NCBI GenBank assembly: GCA_029256015.1
Contig: JAQSYQ010000004.1
Location: 35,032 to 99,031 of the forward strand
Length of the DNA: 64,000 bases
DNA from: Gammaproteobacteria bacterium
GTDB lineage: Bacteria; Pseudomonadota; Gammaproteobacteria; Francisellales; CACEW01
Direction of reading: 5' to 3'
Each line of letters starts with the position of its first letter. The first letter of the stretch is position 1. Of this stretch, positions 1 through 9,470 are shown in pieces. Below the pieces are notes generated by a model. The model was given only the letters and a program-made list of their open reading frames with translations, made no database searches and was not told the origin of the DNA. The position numbers and the translations under genes are program-made.

Positions 1-122
1 ATATTGACGCTTAAAATCCCATAAGGAAAATTTCTTGGGCCATAGGCGTAAAAAAGTTCAGCCAGCCAATAGCGCAAGACCGAGCCTAATGCCCCTCCCA
101 ATGCAACTAATAAGGCATTCAC
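1..122 (-). CDS. crcB: Fluoride channel CrcB/FluC, first 40 codons only (gene runs off the left edge)
   Basis: My translation of the reverse strand from GTG at 122 gives MNALLVALGGALGSVLRYWLAELFYAYGPRNFPYGILSVNI. This fits the CrcB N-terminal pattern (GG..G...RY/W ... FP.G.L.VN). The GTG overlaps the TGA of the upstream ORF (GTGA). It is truncated, so it is absent from the ORF track. Confidence 0.7.
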   Translation of the reverse strand, partial: MNALLVALGGALGSVLRYWLAELFYAYGPRNFPYGILSVN

Positions 123-2281
123 TGAGCCTTCCATTCCTGCATTAAGGATTGCGCCAATTTTTTACCGGCTGCAAAGTCGTTTTTACCAGTCCCCAATTTT
201 GGAATTTCGGCCACTTTAAAATAATGCTGCGGCTTCATTAGGTTCAACATATCCGAGTGCAGGACTTTTTGCTGAAGATCGCGCTCTTCAATCTCTCCTG
301 CATACATCAATATTACCTGCTCACCCTTTTTATTATCAGGCAAGGCTACTGCTAACAACTCGATTTCAGGCATATTGAGAATTAAGGCAATCTGCCCTTC
401 TACTGCGCTTAGGCTGACCATTTCCCCGCCTAGTTTCGCAAAACGTGAGTAACGGTCTAAGATGGTTAAGAAGCCGTTATGATCAAGTCTGCCTTTGTCT
501 CCCGTCTTATACCAACGTATTCCCTGGCTCTCAGCAATGACAGAGGCGGTTTTTTCTGGGTCATTGAGGTAGCCCTTCATCACATTAACGCCACCGACCA
601 TAATCAATCCTGAAGCACCCACCGGCAAAGTTTCTTCGGACTCTGGATCAACAATCTTAATCAAGCAGCCTGCAATAGGCATGCCCACTGTTCCGATTTT
701 ATGACGAATCTCATGGGGTGTATCGGGCTTATTGGCGCTAACCACCGGGCTTAGTTCGGTCGTGCCATAGCCTTCATAAATCATTTTCTTAAATCTTTCT
801 TCAAACAAGACCCTAACCTCAGGCAATAATCTCTCAGCCCCGGCGATCACATAGCGCAGAGAATCGAACATATCAGGAGTGAGATTACGGCTCTTAGCAT
901 ACAGTCTGAAAAAGGTAGAAGTTCCGCATAATAAGGTTACTTGGTGCTTTTGCACCATCTGACCGATAATGACTCCATCTCTTGGATCTGGATGACAGAC
1001 CAGATGAATCCCCTCTATCAAAGGTAAGAGCGTGGTCGCCGTCAATCCAAATGCATGGAAAATCGGCAAAGTCCCAAGCATTTTATCATGGGTCCTGATT
1101 TCTATAGCTTGAGCAGCCTGCTTGGCATTTCCAATAATATTAAGATGGGTAAGCTCAATTCCCTTAGGCTTGCCCTCACTTCCGCTACTAAATAATACCG
1201 CTGCGGTTCGCTCTGAAGGTAAGGCAGAAAGTGCATAGCGCTTTAGCAAAGCAAAAGGCAAAACTTTAGCTAGCACTAAGTTTTTCAGCAAAGTAGGCTT
1301 CTTCATACCGGCTTTGATGTCTTCCAAATAAATGACTTTAAGCTTGCCCAGCAAGCCATCGACGGGGAAGCCTTTTTTCTCAAGGTTTTCAACAAATTTA
1401 CGAGAAGTGACTATGGACTGGATTCCTGCTTGTTCCACCGCGCTTTCTAAAGCACTTTCTGAAGCGGTGTAGTTTAGATTTACCAGGGTTTTACCTAATG
1501 AATACAAGCTCAAAGTAGTAACAATCGCTGCAACACTAGGAGGCAATAAACAACCCACGCTCATTTGCTTTTTGAGTAAAGGGTTAAGCTTTTCTCGCAT
1601 TGACATCACACCCACAATCAGTCGATGGTGAGTCAAATTCGCTCCAGTTGAATCGGTGACACTTAAGCGGTTTCCTCCCGCTTTGGCTTGCCTTAACCAT
1701 AGCTCAGGAATAGAAGGTAAGTTTTTAGTATAGGCCTCCCAGCTTAAAGCCTCTAATAATCTTATTTCGCTTAAATCTCTTAAATTATCAGGCGCAGGAT
1801 GCAAGCTTAATTGCATCCATTGATGGACTACATGAGCAGAAGGCACGGATAGATCAAAAGTAGATCCGCATAAATAAGCCACCAATCTTGGCAAGGTCTT
1901 ATCCAATTGCAGGCGCTGATAGTATCGCCAGCTTACAATCACAATGCCGGGAGGGGTTTCTTTGGTTCTTGAAGCAGATTGAATGCTTAAACCCGCTTTT
2001 TTCATTAAGCTTCTCAAAATAAAGCTTGGGACCTTATCGTCACTAATATAGGTCACAGGTAAATAAGTTAAGCGTTTAATTAATAGCGCAAATAGGAAAT
2101 GATCTTCTGGAATAACAATCAGGCATGGGCCCGAAGGTAAAACCTTAGAACCTTCGTAATAGAGGTGATAACGGCGCTTTTCCAAGCGTGAAAATACCCA
2201 AAAAAGGGTACGATGCGGCCACCATGACCAGCACGCATAAACAAATAATATCGTCAATAAAAGTAAAACTAATACTGTCAT
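119..2281 (-). CDS. aas: Aas-like acyl-ACP synthetase / acyltransferase-type protein (AMP-dependent ligase with N-terminal membrane/acyltransferase-like region)
   Basis: 720-aa ORF. The C-terminal ~500 aa carry adenylation motifs (LFSSGSEGKPKGIELTH, YGTTE, YKTGDKG). The N-terminal ~200 aa have a TM segment and a PlsC-like region, but I see no clear H(x)4D box. Confidence 0.6.
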   Translation of the reverse strand: MTVLVLLLLTILFVYACWSWWPHRTLFWVFSRLEKRRYHLYYEGSKVLPSGPCLIVIPEDHFLFALLIKRLTYLPVTYISDDKVPSFILRSLMKKAGLSIQSASRTKETPPGIVIVSWRYYQRLQLDKTLPRLVAYLCGSTFDLSVPSAHVVHQWMQLSLHPAPDNLRDLSEIRLLEALSWEAYTKNLPSIPELWLRQAKAGGNRLSVTDSTGANLTHHRLIVGVMSMREKLNPLLKKQMSVGCLLPPSVAAIVTTLSLYSLGKTLVNLNYTASESALESAVEQAGIQSIVTSRKFVENLEKKGFPVDGLLGKLKVIYLEDIKAGMKKPTLLKNLVLAKVLPFALLKRYALSALPSERTAAVLFSSGSEGKPKGIELTHLNIIGNAKQAAQAIEIRTHDKMLGTLPIFHAFGLTATTLLPLIEGIHLVCHPDPRDGVIIGQMVQKHQVTLLCGTSTFFRLYAKSRNLTPDMFDSLRYVIAGAERLLPEVRVLFEERFKKMIYEGYGTTELSPVVSANKPDTPHEIRHKIGTVGMPIAGCLIKIVDPESEETLPVGASGLIMVGGVNVMKGYLNDPEKTASVIAESQGIRWYKTGDKGRLDHNGFLTILDRYSRFAKLGGEMVSLSAVEGQIALILNMPEIELLAVALPDNKKGEQVILMYAGEIEERDLQQKVLHSDMLNLMKPQHYFKVAEIPKLGTGKNDFAAGKKLAQSLMQEWKAQ

Positions 2282-2434
2282 ACTACGTTTCGTTAAAGTT
2301 CAAAGAGTGATATCTCAGCATAGACCGGCATCCTATGCAAGCCTTAGCTGATAAAATTACTATTGAGACTAGCAGTCCAGCTCCCAGAATGCTAGAATGG
2401 GGTCAATTTATCAAGTGAAATCACCCGAGGAAAC

Positions 2435-3310
2435 ATGATGAAACCATTGGCTAATCTACCTTCCTTAGCAAGCATGAATTATTGCGCACCCATTGCCGAT
2501 CTTAATGCCTATATTAAGTTTGCTAATAGCATTCCTATGCTGGAAGAGGAAGAAGAAAAGCAACTCGCTCTAAGATTGAAACTGCATCAAGACTTAGAAG
2601 CCGCACAACGTCTCGTTTTATCGCACTTACGTTTTGTTATCAAAATTGCGCGTGGTTTTGCCGGATATGGCCTATCTGAGGCCGACCTGATTCAAGAAGG
2701 TAATATCGGCTTGATGAAAGCAGTGAAACGCTTTAACCCAGATATGGGCGTGCGCCTGGTCTCCTTTGCTGTGCATTGGATTAAGGCCGAAATCCACGAC
2801 TTTATTATTCGCAACTGGAAAATCGTTAAAATCGCCACCACCAAAGCTCAGCGCAAACTGTTCTTCAATCTGCGTAACAGCAAAAAGCGTTTGGGTTGGT
2901 TTAATAAAACAGAAATCCAAGAAGTTGCTAAAGATTTAAAAGTGAAACCTTCTGAAGTCATGGAAATGGAACAAAGGCTAAGCGCTCAAGATATCGCTTT
3001 TGATGCGCCGGAAGAATCTGAGGCTGAAGATGAGCAGGTTTATGCCCCAGCTTTATATTTAGAAGCCCCCAATGCCAGCCCCGAAAATCAGATCAGCGCT
3101 GAGGAATCACAAGATCGTGATCACAATCAGCTTCACGAAGCTTTAGAAAAGCTGGATGACCGCAGCCGCGATATTTTAAATGCACGCTGGCTTAACGAAA
3201 ACAAGGCCACTTTGCAAGAACTGGCTGATAGATACTCGGTTTCAGCAGAAAGAATTCGCCAGCTAGAAAACCAGGCTCTAAAACATCTCAAACAAGCTAT
3301 AGCTGCTTAG
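2435..3310 (+). CDS. rpoH: RNA polymerase heat-shock sigma factor sigma-32
   Basis: 291 aa with sigma-70 regions 2-4, the diagnostic RpoH box QRKLFFNLR, and a C-terminal HTH ([19 protein letters not shown]). Confidence 0.95.
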   Translation: MMKPLANLPSLASMNYCAPIADLNAYIKFANSIPMLEEEEEKQLALRLKLHQDLEAAQRLVLSHLRFVIKIARGFAGYGLSEADLIQEGNIGLMKAVKRFNPDMGVRLVSFAVHWIKAEIHDFIIRNWKIVKIATTKAQRKLFFNLRNSKKRLGWFNKTEIQEVAKDLKVKPSEVMEMEQRLSAQDIAFDAPEESEAEDEQVYAPALYLEAPNASPENQISAEESQDRDHNQLHEALEKLDDRSRDILNARWLNENKATLQELADRYSVSAERIRQLENQALKHLKQAIAA

Positions 3311-3332
3311 CGTTTTATGAAGGATAGCCGCT

Positions 3333-3962
3333 ATGGCTGAGTTTTTTGGCACCACTTTAGTAATATTGCTTATGTCTATTTCCCCAGGTCCCGATTTCGC
3401 CATGGTGACCAAAAACTCACTGCTATATTCGAGAAAAGCGGGGATTTTTACGGCACTTGGGGTTTCCTGTAGCCTATTAATTCATGCTAGTTACTGCATT
3501 CTGGGCTTAGCCATTGTTATTTCAAAATCTCTGCTGGCTTTTAGCATTATTAAGTACGTAGGTGCTGCCTACTTGGCTTATATTGGAATCAAAGCAATTC
3601 TCACTAAGCGCCAGACAAACGACTTAGCGGAAGAAAGCAGTAGCAGTGAACTCTCTTCGACTCAGGCATTTCGACAAGGCTTGCTATGCAACCTGCTTAA
3701 CCCCAAAGCAATCTTATTCATGCTGGCACTGTTCACGGTAATCGTTAAACCGTCCACAGGCTTGCCAGTTCAGGCGGCTTACGGCTTGGAAATGGGCCTG
3801 ATCGCTTTTAGCTGGTTCACTGCCCTATCTATTATGATCAGCCACCCTTACATCAGGACTGCTCTTAATAAAGTGCAGTATTACGTGACTAAGCTAATTG
3901 GAGCAGTTTTGGTAGGCTTTGCTATATCCATTGCCAAACTACATCAAAATATAGGCCTTTAA
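3333..3962 (+). CDS. LysE/RhtB-family amino-acid exporter
   Basis: 209 aa with about 6 TM helices. The N-terminal SISPGPDFAMV motif and overall size are typical of RhtB/LysE translocators. Confidence 0.85.
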   Translation: MAEFFGTTLVILLMSISPGPDFAMVTKNSLLYSRKAGIFTALGVSCSLLIHASYCILGLAIVISKSLLAFSIIKYVGAAYLAYIGIKAILTKRQTNDLAEESSSSELSSTQAFRQGLLCNLLNPKAILFMLALFTVIVKPSTGLPVQAAYGLEMGLIAFSWFTALSIMISHPYIRTALNKVQYYVTKLIGAVLVGFAISIAKLHQNIGL

Positions 3963-3986
3963 GGCAGTACCTTAGGTTGAATGAAG

Positions 3987-4184
3987 CAGCCCTTGTATTA
4001 TTATTTGCTCATGGTCGCAAGCGCTTGGGAAAATAAGACTCAAGCTTATAGATCTGAAGGATGCCGCAAGGGATGCGGCATGAGGCATACAAGATCAGGG
4101 ACGTCTGTTATGCCTCATCTTAAGCTTGCGTGAAATTTTTACAAGAACAAGCTTGCGCAGAGTAACGAAATGATACAAGGGCTG
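3987..4184. repeat. MITE-like 198-bp element (family R1) with perfect 12-bp terminal inverted repeats
   Basis: CAGCCCTTGTAT at 3987-3998 and its reverse complement ATACAAGGGCTG at 4173-4184. There are two internal perfect hairpins (atgccgca/tgcggcat; atgaggcata/tatgcctcat). A 57-bp core (4114-4170) recurs inverted at 41299-41355 with 55/57 identity. Confidence 0.6.
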
Positions 4185-4216
4185 ATATCAATCAATTCAA
4201 ACTGAGCGAGCCGCTT

Positions 4217-5319
<1,103 letters not shown>

Positions 5320-5335
5320 TCGTTTATTAAACTTA

Positions 5336-5602
5336 TTACTGTACTGCAACCGGCTTAATGTTTACATAAGTACGGCTTTGTGGGCCTTTTTGTACAAATT
5401 CAACAGTGCCGTTTTCGGTTGCAAACAGAGTATGGTCAGTGCCGCAGCCAACGTTCTCACCGGCATGCCATCTTGTACCGCGTTGACGAAGGATAATGGT
5501 TCCAGCAGTAACTAGCTCACCGCCAAATCTTTTTACACCTAATCGTTTGGAATGGGAATCGCGTCCGTTTCGGGTACTACCACCCGCTTTCTTGTGTGCC
5601 AT
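5336..5602 (-). CDS. rpmA: 50S ribosomal protein L27
   Basis: 88 aa with the canonical N terminus [16 protein letters not shown]. Confidence 0.97.
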   Translation of the reverse strand: MAHKKAGGSTRNGRDSHSKRLGVKRFGGELVTAGTIILRQRGTRWHAGENVGCGTDHTLFATENGTVEFVQKGPQSRTYVNIKPVAVQ

Positions 5603-5618
5603 GTTTGCTTCTCCTCAA

Positions 5619-5999
5619 TTACTCTTCAGCTTTCGCTTTGCTAGCTTTTTTAGCTGTAGTGGTTTTCTTAGCTGAATCAGTCTTAGCGTTGTCGCCAATT
5701 CCGGTAATTTTAACCGAAGTATAATATTGGCGATGGCCCATATGTTTCATATGGTGCTTACGACGACGGAATTTGATAATGTTAATCTTATCACCGCGGG
5801 TTTGAGATACGATCTCACCGCTTACTTTAGCGCCTTCGATTAAAGGTGCGCCTAACTGCAAATCGCCATTATTGGCAATCAATAGTACTTCATTGAATAC
5901 TACTGTTTCACCAATGCCTTGTTCAATTTTTTCGAGCTTGACGATATCGCCTTCTTTAACTTTATGCTGCTTACCGCCGCTTACAATCACCGCGTACAT
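5619..5999 (-). CDS. rplU: 50S ribosomal protein L21 (with K/A-rich C-terminal tail)
   Basis: 126 aa beginning [14 protein letters not shown], with KFRRRK..HMGHRQ motifs. It sits immediately upstream of rpmA. Confidence 0.95.
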   Translation of the reverse strand: MYAVIVSGGKQHKVKEGDIVKLEKIEQGIGETVVFNEVLLIANNGDLQLGAPLIEGAKVSGEIVSQTRGDKINIIKFRRRKHHMKHMGHRQYYTSVKITGIGDNAKTDSAKKTTTAKKASKAKAEE

Positions 6000-6294
6000 C
6001 TTGATGTTCTCCAGTTTTCGCGAACTTATTTAAATTTCAAAGAGCGCAAATTGTATTAGAAATATTGCGCCTGTACAAGTGTTTTTTTATGCCTTTTTTT
6101 AGAAAACCAGCTGCATTACAGCAAAAAACCTGGTAAAACTGACATTACTGTAGAGTTAATATTGGAATATAACATTAAGAATAGCCAATATCTTACAAGA
6201 AAATAGCAGATTGTCCACTAGTTCTTAAGTTGGACTTAAGCTTAAATAGGCACATTGGATAGACAGTACAGCTACACCACGGAAGGAGATAGTG

Positions 6295-7419
6295 ATGAAA
6301 GGTCCAGAATTATACAAAGCACTCAAAGAACTACTCGCAGAAATTGAAACCGCGCGTGAAAGAAGAGAAGAATTGCAAGTCCTTCTTGAGACATGGTATT
6401 TCAAAATAGTTGCCAACAACCTTCCCCTTGAAGAATTAGCTGAAGCATTTATTGAAGCTGATGCCGATCAATCAGGCAGCTCAGAGACTGTTAATGCTCG
6501 TGCAGCTTTAAACAGAATTCTAAATGACAAAATTGCTGCAAACATAACTACTCAAGACAAATTTAAGGCTATCAAAACCGCAGGCATAGCTCATAGAAAA
6601 GCTGCAGTAATACTTAGCAGTAGTGAAGACGAGAGGCCGAACAGAAATTCTCAAGATTCTTCAGTAGTTAAAGCTGCTATTCAAGAGTATGAAGCAGCTA
6701 AGTTCAGAAGCCTAAAAACCACGGCTATTTTTACTGCAGTTGTCGGCGCAAGCACCGGCTTAGGCACTTTGGCTGGCTGTGCTGTTGTAGCAGCAGTTAG
6801 CGCCAAGTCCCTTGTAGCTGGCCTTGCAGTTGTTGCTGCTACGGCTACTATGCTCTGGCCCGTGTTTGTTGCTGCCGCTGCTTTACTCGCTGTTGCCGCT
6901 GTGACTTATGCCGTTTATTCTTATAAGAGCAGACCAAGCAAGCAAGCTTCTGCAGAGCTAACGAATCAGGCTCGCAGGGAAAGTATAGGACCTTTGAATT
7001 GTAGCGTAAACAATGCAGCTGAAGCGGTTAGTCCTGCTGCTCAGGCTAAGGTAGAGCCAGTGGCTGTTGAACTCGTTCATGACACATCAGTAGATGCATT
7101 AATGGCTCAAGCAGAACAGGCAGCGGCTGCCTACGCAACAGCAAGAAGAGTATCAGACCTTAATACTCGCTCAAAAAGTGTTGGCGGCAGCTTTGCATTA
7201 CCAAGAAGCCCTGTAGATACTAGAGCATTTGATTTATTCAGAAGCCAGTATGAAAATGACCACAGAAACAATGAAGCATTCAATAAATTGAATGCTTTTG
7301 ATAAAGCTCGCTTTATTAAAGATGAGTATTTAAAACAAGCTGATACTTATAATACCGCAAGCCCAGTAAGAGCGTTTAATTTAAGATCAGTCTCTGCCTG
7401 TGCTGCCGCTCCTCGATAA
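6295..7419 (+). CDS. Orphan protein with N-terminal coiled coil and a bilobed Ala/Gly/Val-rich hydrophobic hairpin (Inc-like membrane protein; candidate secreted effector)
   Basis: ATG at 6295 lies 6 nt after GGAAGGAG (the ORF track starts at GTG 6292). The hydrophobic block spans residues ~143-211 (6718-6924): TAIFTAVVGASTGLGTLAGCAVVAAVSAKSLVAGLAVVAATATMLWPVFVAAAALLAVAAVTYAVYSY. I recognise no family. A strong terminator follows. Confidence 0.7.
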   Translation: MKGPELYKALKELLAEIETARERREELQVLLETWYFKIVANNLPLEELAEAFIEADADQSGSSETVNARAALNRILNDKIAANITTQDKFKAIKTAGIAHRKAAVILSSSEDERPNRNSQDSSVVKAAIQEYEAAKFRSLKTTAIFTAVVGASTGLGTLAGCAVVAAVSAKSLVAGLAVVAATATMLWPVFVAAAALLAVAAVTYAVYSYKSRPSKQASAELTNQARRESIGPLNCSVNNAAEAVSPAAQAKVEPVAVELVHDTSVDALMAQAEQAAAAYATARRVSDLNTRSKSVGGSFALPRSPVDTRAFDLFRSQYENDHRNNEAFNKLNAFDKARFIKDEYLKQADTYNTASPVRAFNLRSVSACAAAPR

Positions 7420-7441
7420 ATAGTTTATCCGAGTTTACCCC

Positions 7442-7479
7442 AAAGCCCCCATCAAGATATTTATGATGGGGGCTTTTTT
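7442..7479 (+). terminator. Rho-independent terminator
   Basis: Perfect 13-bp stem aaagcccccatca (7442-7454) / tgatgggggcttt (7464-7476) with a 9-nt loop, followed by a T-run. Confidence 0.8.
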
Positions 7480-7547
7480 ATTGATTCCAGTTGACTGAAA
7501 GCGCTTATTCCCATAGGATCTTGGCAAATAATTATGTTGATAAGCCG

Positions 7548-8510
7548 ATGAAAGCATCCGATATCCGCCAATTAATTCAAGATGATTTTGCAGAATGCGA
7601 TCGAGTCATTAAACAAAGCCTTAGCTCCAATGTACCTCTAATTGAAGAAATCGGTCATTATATTACAGATGGCGGCGGCAAAAGAATGCGGGCCAGCCTG
7701 GCTTTACTCTGTGCTAAAGCTTTAGGCTATCAAGGCAAAAAGCATGCCATTTTGGCAGCTATTATAGAGCTGATTCATACCGCCACCTTATTGCATGACG
7801 ACGTAGTAGATGAATCGGACATGAGACGAGGCAAGCCCACTGCCAATAAAACTTGGGACAATGCGGCCAGCGTGCTCACTGGAGATTTTTTATATTCCCG
7901 ATCATTTGAGCTGATGATTCAGCTTGATGATATGAGAGTAATGCAAATTCTAGCCCAAGCCTCTAACCAGATCGCAGAAGGTGAAGTACAGCAGCTAGTG
8001 AATTGCAATAACCCGGATACCAATGAAGCCAGTTATATGCAGGTAATTCAAAATAAAACTGCAACTTTGTTTATGGCGGCCTGCCGCATTCCCGGTTTAT
8101 TCACCCATAGCGCGCATATTCAAGAACTCGCAGATTATGGCATGCATTTAGGCACGGCCTTCCAATTGGTTGATGACATTATGGATTACACTGCGTCAAG
8201 CTTGGAAATGGGCAAAAATATTGGAGATGATCTTGCAGAAGGCAAGCCCACTCTGCCATTAATTTACGCCATGCAGCAAGGTTCACAAGCCGATGCTGAA
8301 ATAATCCGTGAAGCGATAAGACATGGCAGTAAAGATCAGCTCAGCGCTATCCAAGTTATTTTAGAAAAAACCGGTGCTATTGAGTTAACAAAGAACAAAG
8401 CTAAGCAAGAAGCAGAAAAGGCCAAAGCTAAAATTGCGTTTTTGCCGGGGTCCGAGTACAAACAAGCTTTAATCGCTTTATGTGATTTGGCGGTAGCAAG
8501 AAACAACTAA
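7548..8510 (+). CDS. ispB: Octaprenyl-diphosphate synthase
   Basis: Polyprenyl synthase with both Asp-rich motifs (LLHDDVVDESDMRRG and FQLVDDIMDY). Start moved to ATG 7548 (MKASDIRQL...), because the track ORF begins at an upstream TTG (7491). Confidence 0.9.
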   Translation: MKASDIRQLIQDDFAECDRVIKQSLSSNVPLIEEIGHYITDGGGKRMRASLALLCAKALGYQGKKHAILAAIIELIHTATLLHDDVVDESDMRRGKPTANKTWDNAASVLTGDFLYSRSFELMIQLDDMRVMQILAQASNQIAEGEVQQLVNCNNPDTNEASYMQVIQNKTATLFMAACRIPGLFTHSAHIQELADYGMHLGTAFQLVDDIMDYTASSLEMGKNIGDDLAEGKPTLPLIYAMQQGSQADAEIIREAIRHGSKDQLSAIQVILEKTGAIELTKNKAKQEAEKAKAKIAFLPGSEYKQALIALCDLAVARNN

Positions 8511-8523
8511 ACCCTCTCCTTGG

Positions 8524-8547
8524 TCCTCTCCCGCAAGCGAGAGAGGA
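8524..8547. repeat. REP-like GC-rich hairpin downstream of ispB
   Basis: tcctctc-ccgcaagcga-gagagga: a 7-bp outer stem plus an inner cgc/gcg pairing, with no T-run. Confidence 0.4.
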
Positions 8548-8589
8548 GCGCAGTGGGAATGAATAGTACAATTATATAGGGGAATAGAA

Positions 8590-8769
8590 ATGGCATTATC
8601 AGCAAAAGCCAAACAGAAGAAACAAGCTAAGAAGGCCAATAAGCGCAAGACCCAAGTTGCCGCTAAAAAGAAAACTCTACTCAGAATGAATCAAGCGCAA
8701 GCAAATGCGCAAAGCCACGCTTGCTGTGATCACGATCATGATCATGACCACGAGCATCACCATCATTAA
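8590..8769 (+). CDS. Unannotated small ORF (59 aa): Lys-rich N-terminal half, Cys/His-rich metal-binding-like tail
   Basis: My translation: MALSAKAKQKKQAKKANKRKTQVAAKKKTLLRMNQAQANAQSHACCDHDHDHDHEHHHH. AGGGGA lies ~8 nt upstream of the ATG. It falls just under the 60-aa cutoff of the ORF track. Confidence 0.5.
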   Translation: MALSAKAKQKKQAKKANKRKTQVAAKKKTLLRMNQAQANAQSHACCDHDHDHDHEHHHH

Positions 8770-8882
8770 CCGAAAGACTTATACATTGTGTGCTAAGCTT
8801 GCATAGCATGCGCCAAGACTTCACAATAAAGTTTTGAAGCTTAAATGAAGCACAATCAAAGACTCAGCAGAAGGGGAAAAAT

Positions 8883-9383
8883 ATGACAATGATTACATTT
8901 AAAGGCAATTCCATTCATACTTTTGGAGATTTACCTAAAGCAGGCCAAAGCTGCCCAGAGTTTGTTGTAACTAAAACTGATATGCATGATGTAAGATTGG
9001 GTGAGCTTAAGGGCGAAAAAGTTGTTCTCAATATTTTCCCAAGCCTGGATACTCCGACTTGCGCCATGTCTGTCCGTAAATTTAACGAAGAGGCAACACG
9101 CCACCCCAATGTAAAAGTTTTGTGTATTTCAGCCGATCTGCCTTTCGCTCAAAAACGCTTCTGCGCTGCCGAAGGCATTAACAACGTGATGACCGGATCT
9201 ACTTTCCGCCATCCTGAATTTGGTGAAAAACTGGGCGTTAAAATTACCGACGGCCCTTTAAAAGGCTTAATGTCTCGAGCGGTAATCGTGTTGGATGAAG
9301 CGGGTAAAGTTATTTATGCTCAACAGGTTTCTGAAGTTTCACATGAGCCAAATTATGAAGAAGCGTTAAAAGCGCTGTCTTAA
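8883..9383 (+). CDS. tpx: Thiol peroxidase (atypical 2-Cys peroxiredoxin)
   Basis: 166 aa with FPSLDTPTCA (peroxidatic Cys) and QKRFCAAEG (resolving Cys), the typical Tpx layout. Confidence 0.95.
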   Translation: MTMITFKGNSIHTFGDLPKAGQSCPEFVVTKTDMHDVRLGELKGEKVVLNIFPSLDTPTCAMSVRKFNEEATRHPNVKVLCISADLPFAQKRFCAAEGINNVMTGSTFRHPEFGEKLGVKITDGPLKGLMSRAVIVLDEAGKVIYAQQVSEVSHEPNYEEALKALS

Positions 9384-9461
9384 AATCCCTCCCAACCTCC
9401 CTTTAAAAAGGGAGGAGGAGCGAGCCCCTCTTTGTTAAAAAGGAGGGCCAAGGTGGATTTT
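9383..9461. repeat. Family R3 hairpin element (two CCCTTT..AAAGGG hairpins bounded by AAAATCC/GGATTTT)
   Basis: cctcccttt-aaaa-agggagg and ccctcttt-gtta-aaaaggaggg, flanked by aaaatccctccc ... ggtggatttt. It lies between convergent tpx and glmS and is related to the array at 42351-42523. Confidence 0.55.
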
Positions 9462-9470
9462 ACAAACAAT

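Noticed and set aside
5619-5999. L21 C-terminal Lys/Ala-rich tail (about 23 extra residues) as a novelty
   Set aside because: Lineage-specific basic tails on ribosomal proteins are common. There is nothing else unusual in the gene or its context.
7491-7547. N-terminal extensions of several track ORFs (ispB 7491, parB 30559, fpr 32085, fis 32759, dprA 34178, aroQ 38018, accB 38512, acs 51742, paralog B 25842, atpC 13882)
   Set aside because: The extensions start at TTG/GTG or at an ATG without SD, overlap upstream genes, or add residues absent from homologs. Internal ATGs with good SDs match the canonical N termini, so I trimmed the starts.
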